Assembly: GCA_964016885.1 (NCBI GenBank)
Contig: OZ024764.1
Coordinates: forward strand, 12,710,001-12,774,000
Direction of reading: 5' to 3'
From: Eledone cirrhosa
Taxonomy: Eukaryota
Length of the DNA: 64,000 nucleotides
Shown: one piece after another, positions 1 through 14,300 of the stretch
Layout: every line of letters starts with the position of its first letter
Position numbering within the stretch: the first letter of the stretch is position 1
The notes under the pieces: model-generated
What the model saw: the letters and a program-made list of their open reading frames with translations, nothing else
Told to the model about the DNA's origin: nothing
The model's database searches: none
Translations under genes and position numbers: made by a program

Positions 1-685
1 ATGTATGTATGTATGTATGTATATGTATGTATGTATATATGTGTGTATGTATGTATGTATATGTATGTATGTATATATGTGTGTATGTATGTATGTATGT
101 ATATATGTATGTATGTTTTTATGGATGTATGTATGTTTGTGTGTATATATATATATGTATATATGTATGTATTCTTTTATGTATGTATGTATGTTTGTGT
201 GTATATATATATATATATATTTATATGTGTTTGTATATATGTATGTATATATGTATGTATGTTTGTATGTATATATGTATGTATGTATGTTTGTATGTAT
301 GTATGTGTATATGTATGTGTATGTATGTATGTATGTTTGTATGTATGTGTATATGTATATGTTTGTATGTATGTATGTATGTGTGTATGTATGTATGTAT
401 GTGTATATGTATGTATGTATGTGTATGTATGTATGTGTTTGTATGTATGTATGTATGTGTATATGTATGTATATATGTATGTATGTGTATATGTATGTGT
501 ATGTATGTATGTTTGTATGTATGTATGTGTATATGTATGTATGTATATATGTATGTGTATGTATGTATAAATACATGTATGTATGTTCGTGTGTATATAT
601 GTATGTATGTTTGTATGTATCTATGTATATATGTATGTATGTGTATGTATATATACATATATGTATGTTTGAGTGTATATATGTA
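1..685. repeat. (ATGT)n/(TA)n microsatellite
   Basis: Direct reading. Confidence 0.95.
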
Positions 686-691
686 AGGTAT

Positions 692-992
692 AATCGAAAG
701 GTTGTGAGTTCAATTCTCAGACCGGGTGATGTGTTGTTTCCTTGAGCAAGACACTTTATTTCACATTGCTCCAGTTTACTCAGCTGTAGAAATGAGATGA
801 TAGGGACTGGGATCCCTATCATTCCACTGCAAAGTGGTCGTGGAGGTGCCACGGCAAAAAAGGACATAGCACTCACTGTAAATGAGGTTGGTGTTAGGAA
901 GGGCATCCAGCTGTAGAAATCAAGCCAGAATCAGTTCCCGTCCCACCCTTGCAAGCAGGGAAAAGCGGACGTTAAATGAAATGATGATGATG
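692..992 (+). mobile_element. SINE family A (tRNA head, CORE-like centre, RTE-derived tail), 5' truncated
   Basis: B box gagttcaattc; ccttgagcaagacactttatttcac centre; tail ...gcagggaaaagcggacg(t)taaatga(tga)n. Confidence 0.8.
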
Positions 993-1028
993 ATATACAC
1001 ATATATATATATGAATATATATAAAAAA

Positions 1029-3812
1029 ATATACATAAATATATATATGTGATGATGATGGTGATGGTGATGGTGATGGTGATGATGGTGATGATGGTGG
1101 TGATGGTGATGGTGGTGGTGATGGTGGTGATGGTGGTGATGGTGATGGTGATGATGGTGGTGATGGTGGTGATGGTGGTGATGGTGGTGATGGTGGTGAT
1201 GGTGGTGATGGTGGTGATGATAATGGTGGTGATGGTGATGGTGGTGATGGTGATGATGGTGGTGGTGATGGTGCTGATGATGATGGTGTTGATGGTGATG
1301 GTGGTGATGGTGATGGTGATGGTGGTGATGGTGATGATGGTGGTGGTGATGGTGCTGATGATGATGGTGATGGTGGTGATGGTGATGGTGATGATGGTGA
1401 TGATGGTGGTGGTGGTGGTGATGGTGGTGGTGGTGATGGTGATGATGGTGGTGGTGGTGGTGATGACAATGATGGTGATAATTATGATGATGATGGTGAT
1501 GTGATGACTACGACCATGTAGTCTTCATTGCATAACAGCAGTTTAGTTTTTTGGTTGATGTTTCTTATTGTTTCTGTATAGAAATATCTCCCCCCCCCCC
1601 CGCCTCAACATCTAGCGACACCCCTCACCAACCCCGGGCCCCCAAATTACCCCCCCCCCCCCGCCACACCCCATCCAACCACTAATCCACCCCACCCCAC
1701 CGCAAGAAGAAAAATACACTCAGAAAATGATTAATGAGGCATTCTAATATGAAACAGCAAACCACAACACCACCACCATTACACCAGCACACCACTACCA
1801 CCACTACCACCACCACACCACTACCACCACTACACCAGCACACCACTACCACCACAACACCACCATTACACCAGCACACCACTACCACCATTACACCAGC
1901 ACACCACTACCACCACTACCACCACCACACCACTACCACCACTACACCAGCACACCACTACCACCACAACACCACCATTACACCAGCACACCACTACCAC
2001 CATTACACCAGCACACCACTACCACCACTACCACCACCACACCACTACCACCACTACACCAGCACACCACTACCACCACAACACCACCATTACACCAGCA
2101 CACCACTACCACCACTACACCACTACACCAGCACACCACTACCACCACTACCACCACTACACCAGCACACCACTACCACCACCACCACCACTACCACCAC
2201 CACCACCACCACACCACTACCACCACTACCACCAGCACACCACTACCACCACCACCACCACCACCACCACACCACTACCACCACTACCACCACTACCACC
2301 ATTACACCAGCACACCACTACCACCACTACCACCACTACCACCACTACACCACTACACCAGCACACCACTACCACCACAACACCACCATTACACCAGCAC
2401 ACCACTACCACCACTACACCAGCACACCACTACCACCACTACCACCACCACACCACTACCACCACTACACCAGCACACCACTACCACCACAACACCACCA
2501 CTACACCAGCACACCACCACTACTACCACTATGACTACACCACCACGACCACAACCCACCAAACCACTACACCAGCACTACCACACACCACAACACCACC
2601 ACTTCTACACCAGCACACCACTACCACCACTACCACCACTACTACCACCACGACCACAACCCACCACACCACTACACCAGCACTACCACACACCACGACC
2701 ACCACTACACCAGCACACCACTACCACCACTACTACCACTATGACTACACCAGCACTACCACACCACTACACCACTACACCAGCACTACCACACACCACT
2801 ACACCACTACACCACCACACCACTACACCACTACCACCACTACAACATCACCACCACCACTACTACCACACAACACTACTACCACCACCACCAGCACTAC
2901 CACCACTACACCACCACAACATCAACACCACCACTACTACCACTACCACCACCACCACCACCACACCAATACACCACCACAACATCACCACCACCACCAC
3001 TACTACCACTAACACCACTACTACCACCACCACCACCACCACCACCACACACCACTACACCACCACAACATCACCACCACCACTACTACCACTACAACAC
3101 CACCACCACCACCACTACTACCACTACGACTACGACCATGAAGGAGATGATGATGATGATGGTGATGATGATGACAGTAATGATGATGGTGATAATGATG
3201 GTGGTGATGGTGATGATGATGGTGGTGGTGATGGTGATGATGGTGGTGGTGATGGTGATGGTGATGATGGTAATGATGTGATGGTGATGGTGATGGTGAT
3301 GATGGTAATGATGTGATGGTGATGATGATGATGGTGATGATGGTGATGATGATAGTGACTACGACCATGATGGGGCTACTGGCTAGTTAGTGATTGATGA
3401 TGATGATGGTGGTGATGATGATGGTAGTGATGGTGATGGTGATGATGATGATAGTAATGATGGTGATGATGGTGATGGTGATGGTGACTACGACCATGAT
3501 GGGGCTACTGGCTAGTTAGTGATTGATGGTGATGATGGTGGTGATGATGATGGTAGTGATGGTGATGGTGATGATGATGATGGTAATGATGGTGATGATG
3601 GTGATGGTGATGGTGACTACGACCATGATGGGGCTACTGGCTAGTTAGTGATTGATGGTGATGATGGTGGTGATGATGATGGTAATGATGGTGATGGTGA
3701 TGGTGATGATGATGATAGTAATGATGGTGATGATGATGGTAATGATGGTGATGATGGTGATGATGATGGTAACTACGACCATGATGGGGCTACTGGCTAG
3801 TTAGTGATTGAT
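1029..3812. repeat. GAT/GGT and CAC/TAC trinucleotide-derived low-complexity block, with a 4x ~43-bp motif (gactacgaccatgatggggctactggctagttagtgattgatg) at 3357-3812
   Basis: Direct reading. Confidence 0.9.
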
Positions 3813-3927
3813 GAAAGCAACCAGGCCAGACAGAAACAGGCTGCAAGATATCATTATAAATTATGGACAACTACCACAAAAACACCACAAAAAATAACAT
3901 AAGATTGTCTGTCAATGATGAATGGTA

Positions 3928-5450
3928 AACAACAACACACATAAGACAACAGACACACAACACACCACACACAACAGACAACAGACACATAACACACCAC
4001 ACACATAACACAACAGACAACAGACACATAACACAACAGACACATAACACAACAGACACATAACACACCACACACATAACACAACAGACAACAGACACAT
4101 AAGACAACAGACACATAAGACAACAGACACATAACACAACAGACACATAACACAACAGACACATAACACACCACACACATAACACAACAGACAACAGACA
4201 CATAACACAACAGACAACAGACACATAACACACCACACACATAACACAACAGACAACAGACACATAACACAACAGACAACAGACACATAACACACCACAC
4301 ACATAACACAACAGACAACAGACACATAACACACTACACACATAACACAACAGACAACAGACACATAACACACCACACACATAACACAACAGACAACAGA
4401 CACATAACACACCACACACATAACACAACAGACAACAGACACATAACACACTACACACATAACACAACAGACAACAGACACATAACACACCACACACATA
4501 ACACAACAGACAACAGACACATAACACACCACACACATAACACAACAGACAACAGACACATAACACACCTCACACATAACACAACAGACAACAGACACAT
4601 AACACACCACACACATAACACAACAGACAACAGACACATAACACACCACACACATAACACAACAGACAACAGACACATAACACACCACACACATAACACA
4701 ACAGACAACAGACACATAACACACCTCACACACAACACAACAGACAACAGACACATAACACACCACACACATAACACAACAGACACATAACACACCACAC
4801 ACATAACACAACAGACAACAGACACATAACACACCACACACATAACACAACAGACAACAGACACATAACACACCACACACATAACACAACAGACAACAGA
4901 CACATAACACACCTCACACATAACACAACAGACAACAGACACATAACACACCACACACATAACACAACTGACACATAACACAACACATAACACTCATAAC
5001 ATAACAAACACAACTCAACATGTACATCAGATGCATAACACAACACAACAGACATAACACACCACACATAACACACCACACACATAACACAACAGACACA
5101 TAACATAACACACCACACACATATAACACAACAGACACAACACACATAACACAACAGGCACAACTCAACATGCACAACAGACACATAACACAACACAACA
5201 GACACACCACACACATAACACAAAAGACACACAACACAACACACACACACAACACAACAGACACACAACACAACAGATACACAACACACATAACACAACA
5301 TACACCACACACAACAGACACACAACACATTACACAACACAACAGATACACAACACACATAACACACACAACACACATAACACAACACACACATAACACA
5401 CAACACAACACAACACACACAATGCACATAACACAACACACACACAAACA
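3928..5450. repeat. ACA-rich minisatellite (~39-bp higher-order unit)
   Basis: Repeated acataacacaacagacaacagacacataacacaccacac. Confidence 0.9.
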
Positions 5451-5608
5451 TAAATTAATATTTAACTCTATTCCTACACCAATCACAAGATTCAACATCA
5501 ACAATGGATGAGTTGCACACGTAGAGTGCTTTTGTACCATTACATCATGATGGGCTATCACCACCACCTCCACCACCACCACAAATACTGTTCTTTCTCT
5601 CTCTCTCA

Positions 5609-5647
<39 letters not shown>

Positions 5648-6816
5648 CATTACCACCACCCCTTTCTACAACTGATCGAAGTTTTAAAAAGTAATTCCTA
5701 CACTCCCACCACCACCGTTCTCTTTTCTCGCTCAATCACACACACCACCACCACCACCACCATTCTCTTTTCTCGCTCTATCTCACACACACACACACTT
5801 TTACCATCCGCCTTCCCAAGCACAACCGCCTTTTTACACTACACATCATCTATTATTAGCATTTCAATATAATAGATTAATATATAAGTGTACAAGTAAG
5901 TTTCTTTATCATAATGTCCTTGGATAGTTAATTGTAAAATGTCTTTTTCTACTTCAGAAAAAAGAAAAAACAAGAAAATTTCTCCCCCATTTTATCTGAA
6001 AATATATAAATTTCTTTCCTTTCATTTCTAAATTTTTCTTCTTTTTTTCTTTTTTTTTCTTCTTTTTTTTCTTTTTTTTCTTTCTTTCTTTTTTTTTCTT
6101 CTTTTTTTCTTTCCTTTTTTTTTTTTGGATTCCCTATAGGTTTATCTGGATATCAAAGTTTACTTTGAATTGAAGAGAGAAAAAAAAAAACAGAAGAAAA
6201 CCAAGAGAAATATTGGTGTACTTACGGAAATTTGATGTTACAGATTATGTCGAAGAGGTCACACACAAATAGTTCGATAGTTCGAGCTTTTAATTAGTGC
6301 CGACTGATGGTAACATTTTTTTTATTTTTTTATTTATTGTTTGTTATGTTATTTTTTTTAATTCATATCAAAGTTTATCAGTAGATGAATCGAAGCTGCC
6401 CGATTCATTGAGAAAAAGAAAGAAAAAAAAAAGAATAAAAACAGAGAGGGGGGGGGGGGGGGGAGATAAATAAATAAATAAACAGGAAGGCCTTTCATCT
6501 TATTCAATTTGAAACATTTTCGATCTTTTCAAATAATTTCTTTCATGTAGAAAGCTTGGTTGATGGTATTGGGATGGCCACATTTGGAAATGGTAGGGTG
6601 TATATAGTGTCTTGTTAAAAGACTGCAGTGCTCGACTGTATGGGAAGTAATAGCATTAATATAGGAGTTACAAGTGCTATCACAAACCAAACAACAAAAA
6701 GGGCATTAGAACTCAATACACGTAATAGAGTGGAATATTTATTAGGTTAAAGTAGATGTAGTTAAATTAATGTTCCATGAATTCAAGTGTTATGCCATTA
6801 GCAAATATACATACAT

Positions 6817-6854
<38 letters not shown>

Positions 6855-7024
6855 TGATTACAGATGAGTGAGTCAGGATATCTCTCTCTCTCTCACTCAC
6901 ACACATGTATATATATATATATATGTGTGTGTGTGTATACATGCATATATATATACACACACACACACACAAAAATACACACACATACATTAACAAATGG
7001 AAACTATATTTATAAAACCATATT

Positions 7025-7089
7025 TATTTCATTATACATATTTCAAGGACACCAAGTCAAATTATGGTGTGCTTTCATCAGATAAAATA
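7025..7089 (-). ncRNA. Type I hammerhead ribozyme, mirror copy
   Basis: Reverse complement of 7162-7226 in the left arm of palindrome 6989-7262 (tcatcag at 7075-7081). Confidence 0.72.
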
Positions 7090-7161
7090 TAATATAGAGC
7101 AGTTTTATAAATAAATATTGACAGTTTTATAAATAAATATTTATAAAACTGCTCTATATTA

Positions 7162-7226
7162 TATTTTATCTGATGAAAGCACACCATAATTTAACTTGGT
7201 GTCCTTGAAATATGTATAATGAAATA
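7162..7226 (+). ncRNA. Type I hammerhead ribozyme (minimal, Penelope-like type)
   Basis: Stem I tattttat/atgaaata; CUGAUGA 7170-7176; stem II aagcacacca/tggtgtcctt; GAAA 7207-7210; 2-bp stem III with AUGU loop; AUA site with predicted cut after 7218. Confidence 0.75.
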
Positions 7227-8508
7227 AATATGGTTTTATAAATATAGTTTCCATTTGTTAATATATCGTATTTTTACTCCAATAATTTGTTGAGTGCTTT
7301 ATATCAGTTATAAAAATATTTGCTTGTTGTATCCCAACAAATTAAATATAACTTCTACATATATATATATATATATATATACATTAACACACACAAACAT
7401 ATATATATAAGTACATTATAAAGAGTCAGGACTCGACAGCTGAGTTCTTGCCCTTTCAACATCTAGTTCCAGACTGTTTCTTCCCTGATTTGCATATAAA
7501 TATATACACATATATAAATATATACACATATGTATAAATATATACATTTATATATAAATATATACATATATACATATATATAAATATATACATTTACACA
7601 TAAATATATACACATAAATATATACATTTATATATAAATAAATACATTTATATATAAATATATACATATATACATATATATAAATATATACATTTACACA
7701 TAAATATATACACATAAATATAAATATATACATTTATATATAAATATATACATATATACATATATATAAATATATACATTTACACATAAATATATACACA
7801 TAAATATATACATTTATATATAAATATATACATTTATATATAAATATATATATATTTATTAAAATAACAGATTAAAGTTTAAGCAAAGAATCGCTGCTTT
7901 CACCCTTAACGGGATCTTCTGAAACTAACAAAGTCAATCTGTAAACGCAGAAGTGGATATTTCAAAAAACGTTGCAACCGGAGGAAGACAGGAAGACGAT
8001 ACTTTGGTTCGTGGTAACGTTCGCTGGCAAAGAACGGGAAAGAACGAATAATACGTCATTAATAGGAGCGGTGAAAAACAATTACGCGCAAAGACAGAAC
8101 CACGTTTATGGTATAAAAGAGGTCGTAGACTAATGTTCTCTTAGGTGGTGCATAGAGACGTTCTCTAGCAATGAACGAAAAAACGAAGATAATACGTCAT
8201 ATGTGGAGCGTGTTCCCCTATGAGCAAGACATGGTCACCGACCTAGCATTGCCCATAACAGGACAACGCGTCTAACCCATGCTAGCATGGAAGAATGGAC
8301 ATAAAACGGTGGTGGTGATGGTGATGGTGATGATGATGGTGATAAAAGTGATGATGATGATGATGATACATCCACATCCACCCATGACAAGTCTCTGCGG
8401 CTTCTGACTACCAAAGTTACACACACAAGACATTGGTCAACCCCAGGCTACAGTGGCATGACACTGGTTTCAACCCACAACCATGTGGCTGTGAAGAAGC
8501 CTGCTTAA

Positions 8509-9447
8509 CCCTTTGGCATTCAAACCGGCCATATCCGGCCAGAATTATCTCACCCCTTTCTGTTCAAACCGGCTGTAACTGGCCACTAATACTGCTGTTA
8601 AGGTATTGTTCTCAGAATAAATAGTATCAAAATCTCATAGGTGAGATATTATGTGAGGTAAAGCCTTTACTGTGAAAATACAATAGTATATATAGAGTAA
8701 TGTAAATGTTATGTGAGGTATTATGTGAGGTAAAGCCTTTACTGTGAAAATACAATAGTATATATAGAGTAATGTAAATGTTATGTGAGGTATTATGTGA
8801 GGTAAAGCCTTTACTGTGAAAATACAATAGTATATATAGAGTAATGTAAATGTTATGTGAGATATTATGTGAGGTAAAGCCTTTACTGTGAAAATACAAT
8901 AGTATATATAGAGTAATGTAAATGTTATGTGAGATATTATGTGAGGTAAAGCCTTTACTGTGAAAATACAATAGTATATATAGAGTAATGTAAATGTTAT
9001 GTGAGATATTATGTGAGGTAAAGCCTTTACTGTGAAAATACAATAGTATATATAGAGTAATGTAAATGTTATGTGAGATATTATGTGAGGTAAAGCCTTT
9101 ACTGTGAAAATACAATAGTATATATAGAGTAATGTAAATGTTATGTGAGATATTATGTAAGGTAAAGCCTTTACTGTGAAAATACAGTAGTATATATAGA
9201 GTAATGTAAATGTTATGTGAGATATTATGTGAGGTAAAGCCTATACTGTGATAATACAATAGTATATATAGAGTAATGTAAATGTTATGTGAGATATTAT
9301 GTGAGGTAAAGCCTTTACTGTGAAAATACAATAGTATATATAGAGTAATGTAAATGTTATGTGAGATATTATGTGAGGTAAAGCCTTTACTGTGACAATA
9401 CAATAGTATATATAGAGTAATGTAAATGTTATGTGAGATATTATGTG
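8509..9447. mobile_element. Same MITE family, with the 72-bp internal unit amplified ~11x (8641-9447); far TIR not seen
   Basis: TTAA-ccctttggcattcaaacc at 8505; inverse match to 17363-17642; ORF 8627..9529 only reflects the 24-codon period. Confidence 0.75.
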
Positions 9448-9506
9448 AAACTGAGATGAAACTGAGAAACATATGCAACTGCACTAAATCCTCTCTTATG
9501 CAAAAA

Positions 9507-9697
9507 TAATTGTTTCTACTTTTTGGCACAAGGCCAGCAATTATCCCAGTGTATTACTGGTACTTTATTTTATCAACCCCATAAGGATGAAAGGCAAAGT
9601 CAACCTCGGCGGGATTTGAACTCAGATCGTAAAGGGACGTAACTATGCTGGAAAGCATGGCGTCCGACCCTCTACCGATACTGCCAATCCACCGCCT
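9507..9697 (-). mobile_element. SINE family B (Meta-like central domain)
   Basis: Minus strand ggcggtggattggcag...gagttcaaatcccgccgaggttgactttgcctttcatcc...ataaaataaagtaccag...ccttgtgccaaaaagtagaaac. Confidence 0.8.
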
Positions 9698-10206
9698 AAG
9701 GTAACCCTGCAAAAATAAGGTTCAATATTCAGTGTTCAGTGTTCACATTATGATTTTGATTCTATAGAAATTATTGTTGTAAATAAAAATACGTTTCTCT
9801 TATAGAAGTTGTGTGCTTTATTAAGTTTTTCATGTTATTTCAGGAATTTTTCAAATTAACTATTGGGAAATTTGATTCAGAACGTTTTTAAACATTTGCT
9901 GGGGTTGCCTGGATGTGTCCACATAAATTTCTCAAAGATGAAAAAAGAAAATGGTCGAGATGGGGAACAGTATACTGCTTTTGAACAGAAATAATCGTTG
10001 TATATACTGAAATGTTGTACACCCTGTGGTTTTGTTGATTGAAACAGGATTATGCAATGGGAAAAGCAAAATCTCAACTTTCAGAAAATCAACTATTGCT
10101 AACGGCCACCCTAATATACATACATATATACATACATATATATATATACATATATATGTATATATATATATATATATGTGTGTACATATATAGAGAAAGA
10201 GAGAGA

Positions 10207-10455
10207 ATCATTCTACGTCCGCTTTTCCCTGCTTGCAAGGGTGGGACGGGAATTGATTCTGGCTTGATTTCTACAGCTGGATGCCCTTCCTAACACCAAC
10301 CTCATTTACAGTGAGTGCTGGGTGCTTTTTTGCCGTGGCACCTCCACGACCACTTTGCAGTGGAATGATAGGGACCCCAGTCCCTATCATCTCATTTCTA
10401 CAGCTGAGTAAACTCGAGCAATTTGAAATAAAGTGTCTTGCTCAAGGAAACAACA

Positions 10456-10460
<5 letters not shown>
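10207..10460 (-). mobile_element. SINE family A, partial
   Basis: Reverse complement of the 11627-11965 body and tail. Confidence 0.8.
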
Positions 10461-10513
<53 letters not shown>

Positions 10514-10761
10514 TGGACAGGGAACCATTTTACCTTGTCTCCTACATGACCACTTTACAGTGTGGACTGGGTGCTTTTTGTCGTGACACCTACACGACCA
10601 CTTTACAGTGTGCGCTGGGTGCTTTTTTGCCGTGGCACCTCCACGACCACTTTGTAGTGGGAGGGGTTGGGGGCATATTGTCTGTATGCTTCAGCTTCGG
10701 CTTGTACCCGTGGGGAGTTGGGTCTTCTGTATTACTGCGTGACACCAGAGGTCGTATATAA

Positions 10762-10995
10762 TAATAATAATAATGAAATTATTGTGTAAAGTGCTCAGGT
10801 GCACTACAACTCGTCAATATAGTACATAGAATAATACACAAATGTCAGGGAAGTACATGTTTGTATGTGTTAGCTGTAGTGTTGGCGGATCTCAGGAAGC
10901 ATGGAGGCCTTAAAGGATGCAGTGTCTCGACAGCCAACAACTGATGCAGGTAGTTTGTTCCATGCTTCAGCAACTCTGAGCGTGAAAAAATGTAT
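10762..10995 (-). mobile_element. CR1/L2-type LINE 3' fragment (unamplified monomer)
   Basis: Contains single copies of both the 61-bp and 116-bp units; (att)n tail. Confidence 0.75.
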
Positions 10996-11343
10996 AGATG
11001 GATATTCATGCATATGCTCAGACATGCATCAGCTTGTTGAAAAAAGGCCCATGCATATTCAGTAAAGGGAGCTAAATAAGGATATCTTCAATCAAAAGAT
11101 ATCACCATTGGATACTACAACGGAAAAACCAATGGAAACAATACCCATTGGTCCGATGTTTTTTTTTTTTGTTTTTTTTTCTATATCGAACACATACCCA
11201 TACCCATTAATTAGGCAATGTAACTACAATAATTAATTAATTAACGATATGAATGACTATCGCTATATTTATGGAAAATTTGAGAGGGAAAAAAAAAAAA
11301 ATTATTTTTGTTTTTGTTGTTTCATTCATCTTCTGAAAACCAC

Positions 11344-11379
<36 letters not shown>

Positions 11380-11401
11380 TTACACATACGTGTGTATGTA
11401 A

Positions 11402-11441
<40 letters not shown>

Positions 11442-11626
11442 GTATATGTATGTGTATATGTGAGAGACAGAGCCATACACATATATATGTATATGTATTT
11501 ATATATGAATAATATATGTGTGTGTGTGTGTATGTGTATATATATATATATAAGACCCGTCCCATCCTTGCAAGCAGGGAAAAGCGGACGTAAAATGATG
11601 ATGATGATGATTATATATATATATAT

Positions 11627-11961
11627 GGAGACACATGGCTTAGTGGTTAGAGCATTGGCCTTGCAATCGAAAGGTTGTGAGTTCAATTCTCAGACCGGGT
11701 GATGTGTTGTTTCCTTGAACAAGACACTTTATTTCACATTGCTCCAGTTTACTCAGCTGTAGAAATGAGATGATAGGGACTGGGGTCCCTATCATTCCAC
11801 TGCAAAGTGGTCGTGGAGGTGCCATGGCAAAAAAGCACCCAGCACTCACTGTAAATGAGGTTGGTGTTAGGAAGGGTATCCAGCTGTAGAAATCAAGCCA
11901 GAATCAATTCCCGTCCCACCCTTGCAAGCAGGGAAAAGTGGGCGTAAAATGATGATGATGA

Positions 11962-11965
<4 letters not shown>
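11627..11965 (+). mobile_element. SINE family A, full length
   Basis: A box tggcttagtgg, B box gagttcaattc, centre, RTE-like tail and (gat)n; inserted in (TA)n. Confidence 0.85.
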
Positions 11966-11992
<27 letters not shown>

Positions 11993-12227
11993 CGTACACT
12001 TTAAGTGTTCATAAAACCTCGAAAACTAAAACAAAAACAATAATAATTAAGATAAGTATTGCAAAATTAAAATCAACAAACAACCATGAACATAATTATA
12101 TCATCATCATCATCACCGTTTTACATATGTGTGTGTATATATTTATATATTTATATATATATACATATATCATCAACATCATCATTTTACGTCTCTCTCT
12201 ATATATATGTCTATATATATATATCAC

Positions 12228-12262
<35 letters not shown>

Positions 12263-12265
12263 CTA

Positions 12266-12305
<40 letters not shown>

Positions 12306-12310
12306 CATAC

Positions 12311-12349
<39 letters not shown>

Positions 12350-12569
12350 CCCATGCTAGCGTGGAAAATGGACGTTAAACGAAGATGAATATGATGATAT
12401 ATATATATAATCTATATATACATAACATATATATATATATATATAATCTATATATACATAACATATATATATATATATAATCTATATATACATAACATAT
12501 ATATATATATATATAATCTATATATACATTATATATATATATATATATATATATATAATCTATATATAC

Positions 12570-12659
<90 letters not shown>

Positions 12660-12669
12660 CTATATATAC

Positions 12670-12707
<38 letters not shown>

Positions 12708-12717
12708 CTATATATAC

Positions 12718-12751
<34 letters not shown>

Positions 12752-13053
12752 GTATATATAGATTATATATATATATATATATACATATCTAAAGACTCTG
12801 AGGAGTGGAATCCAAAGAAACTAACGGAAGCTAATATTTTAATAATATACCCTGAAAATTGATATATTTTACTGAATGTCCTTCTGAAGGTCTCAAGTTA
12901 AACATTCTTTGATGTTTTAACTTAATTAGTTGTGTGTTTGTCTTGTGGAAGAGATGAATGGTGTTTTGGTGGAATAGATTTCTGTGACATGGTGGTTGTG
13001 GTGGGGTGTTGTATGATGGAGTACATACACCAATATTGTTCAGATATGTGTGA

Positions 13054-13096
<43 letters not shown>

Positions 13097-13169
13097 TAGA
13101 TATAGATATGTATACACATATATATGTATATTTATATATATATATATATACATTATAAATATATATATA

Positions 13170-13540
13170 TCATCATCATCATCATTTTTTTTACATCCGC
13201 TTTTCCCAGCTTGCAAGGGTGGGACGGGAACTGATACTGGCTTGATTTCTACAGCTGGGTGCCCTTCCTAACACCAACCTCATTTACACTGAGTGCTTGA
13301 GTGCTTTCTTTCCGTGGCGCCTACACGTCCACTTTACTGTGTGGGCTGGGTGCTTTTTTGCCATGGCACCTCCATGACCACTTTGCAGTGGAATGATAGG
13401 GACCCCAGTCCCTATCATCTAATTTCTACAGCTGAGTAAACTGGAGCAATGTGAAATAAAGTGTCTTGCTCAAGGAAACAACACATCACCCGGTCTGAGA
13501 ATGGAACTCACACTTTTCGATTGCAAGGCCAATGCTCTAT
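13170..13540 (-). mobile_element. SINE family A
   Basis: Reverse complement match with an internal duplicated segment. Confidence 0.8.
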
Positions 13541-13702
13541 TCAGGTTTAGGTGGCTGATGGCTTCTTGACCGTCATTCTCAGTTTGTTTGGCCTCTGTAA
13601 CCTATGTTTATTGCTCTGGTCTTTTTTTAGTCCATGGAGTGCTTGCCGCATAACTCGGAAATTGCTTTTCGACCACTGCCGAAATTATATTTATATTTTA
13701 AT

Positions 13703-14190
13703 ATCATCATCATCATCATCGTTTAACGTCCATCTTCCACGCTAGCATGGGTTTGGACGGGAGTTTTCCCACTTGAGGCAAGATTAGTTGTCTTGCTCGC
13801 ATAGGACTGTCTGGCGGGTTTTCTACGGCTGGATGCCCTTCCCAACACCAACCACGTTTACAGTGTGGACTGGGAGGTTTTTACCGTGTTACCTACACGG
13901 CCACATTACAGCGTGGACTGTGTGTTTTTTTTTCGTGAAACCTACACGACCTCATTTATTTCGGACTGGATGTTGTGGTACCAACATAACTTTACATTGA
14001 AAGGTGTGGTGTGGATGGGGTGGAGTGGGGGTAGTGGGACGGGGCTGTATTTTTGTTAGAGGTGCCTACTGACTGTAGTAGGTTTCACTTTGTACTTAGG
14101 TAAGGCGGGTCTTCTGTATTACTGTGTAGCGCCAAAGATCTCGGTCCATTGACATTGTCTTGGAGAGGTGTAAGTGTGTGATGTCGATAA
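13703..14190 (-). mobile_element. RTE-clade LINE 3' end
   Basis: Matches the 3' UTR and last codons (EKTRLT) of the 21848-22830 element; (gat)n tail. Confidence 0.75.
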
Positions 14191-14241
14191 AATAAAATAA
14201 TTAAGTCAAATATTTAAAATTTGGCTTCGTTTATTAAAGGT

Positions 14242-14300
14242 GTACTTTAGTATATATTTTGGTGACAGCCATCCTTGGCTGTGACCTCTTCAGGCAGTCC
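14242..14300 (-). ncRNA. Decayed hammerhead related to the 21749 motif
   Basis: CUGAAGA-ggtcacagcca(agga)tggctgtcacc-AAAA; GAAA and the NUH site are mutated; AATAAA downstream. Confidence 0.45.

Larger units (their letters stand above)
6989..7340. mobile_element. Fold-back hammerhead element 1 (putative inverted pLTR of a Penelope-like element)
   Basis: ~125 bp near-perfect inverted arms (6989-7113/7138-7262) plus a one-sided tail containing tactcc...tgttgagtgct; flanked by microsatellites. Confidence 0.6.

Noticed and set aside
11627-11700. tRNA genes at the SINE heads
   Set aside because: Acceptor and anticodon stems are broken and the sequence continues into a SINE body.
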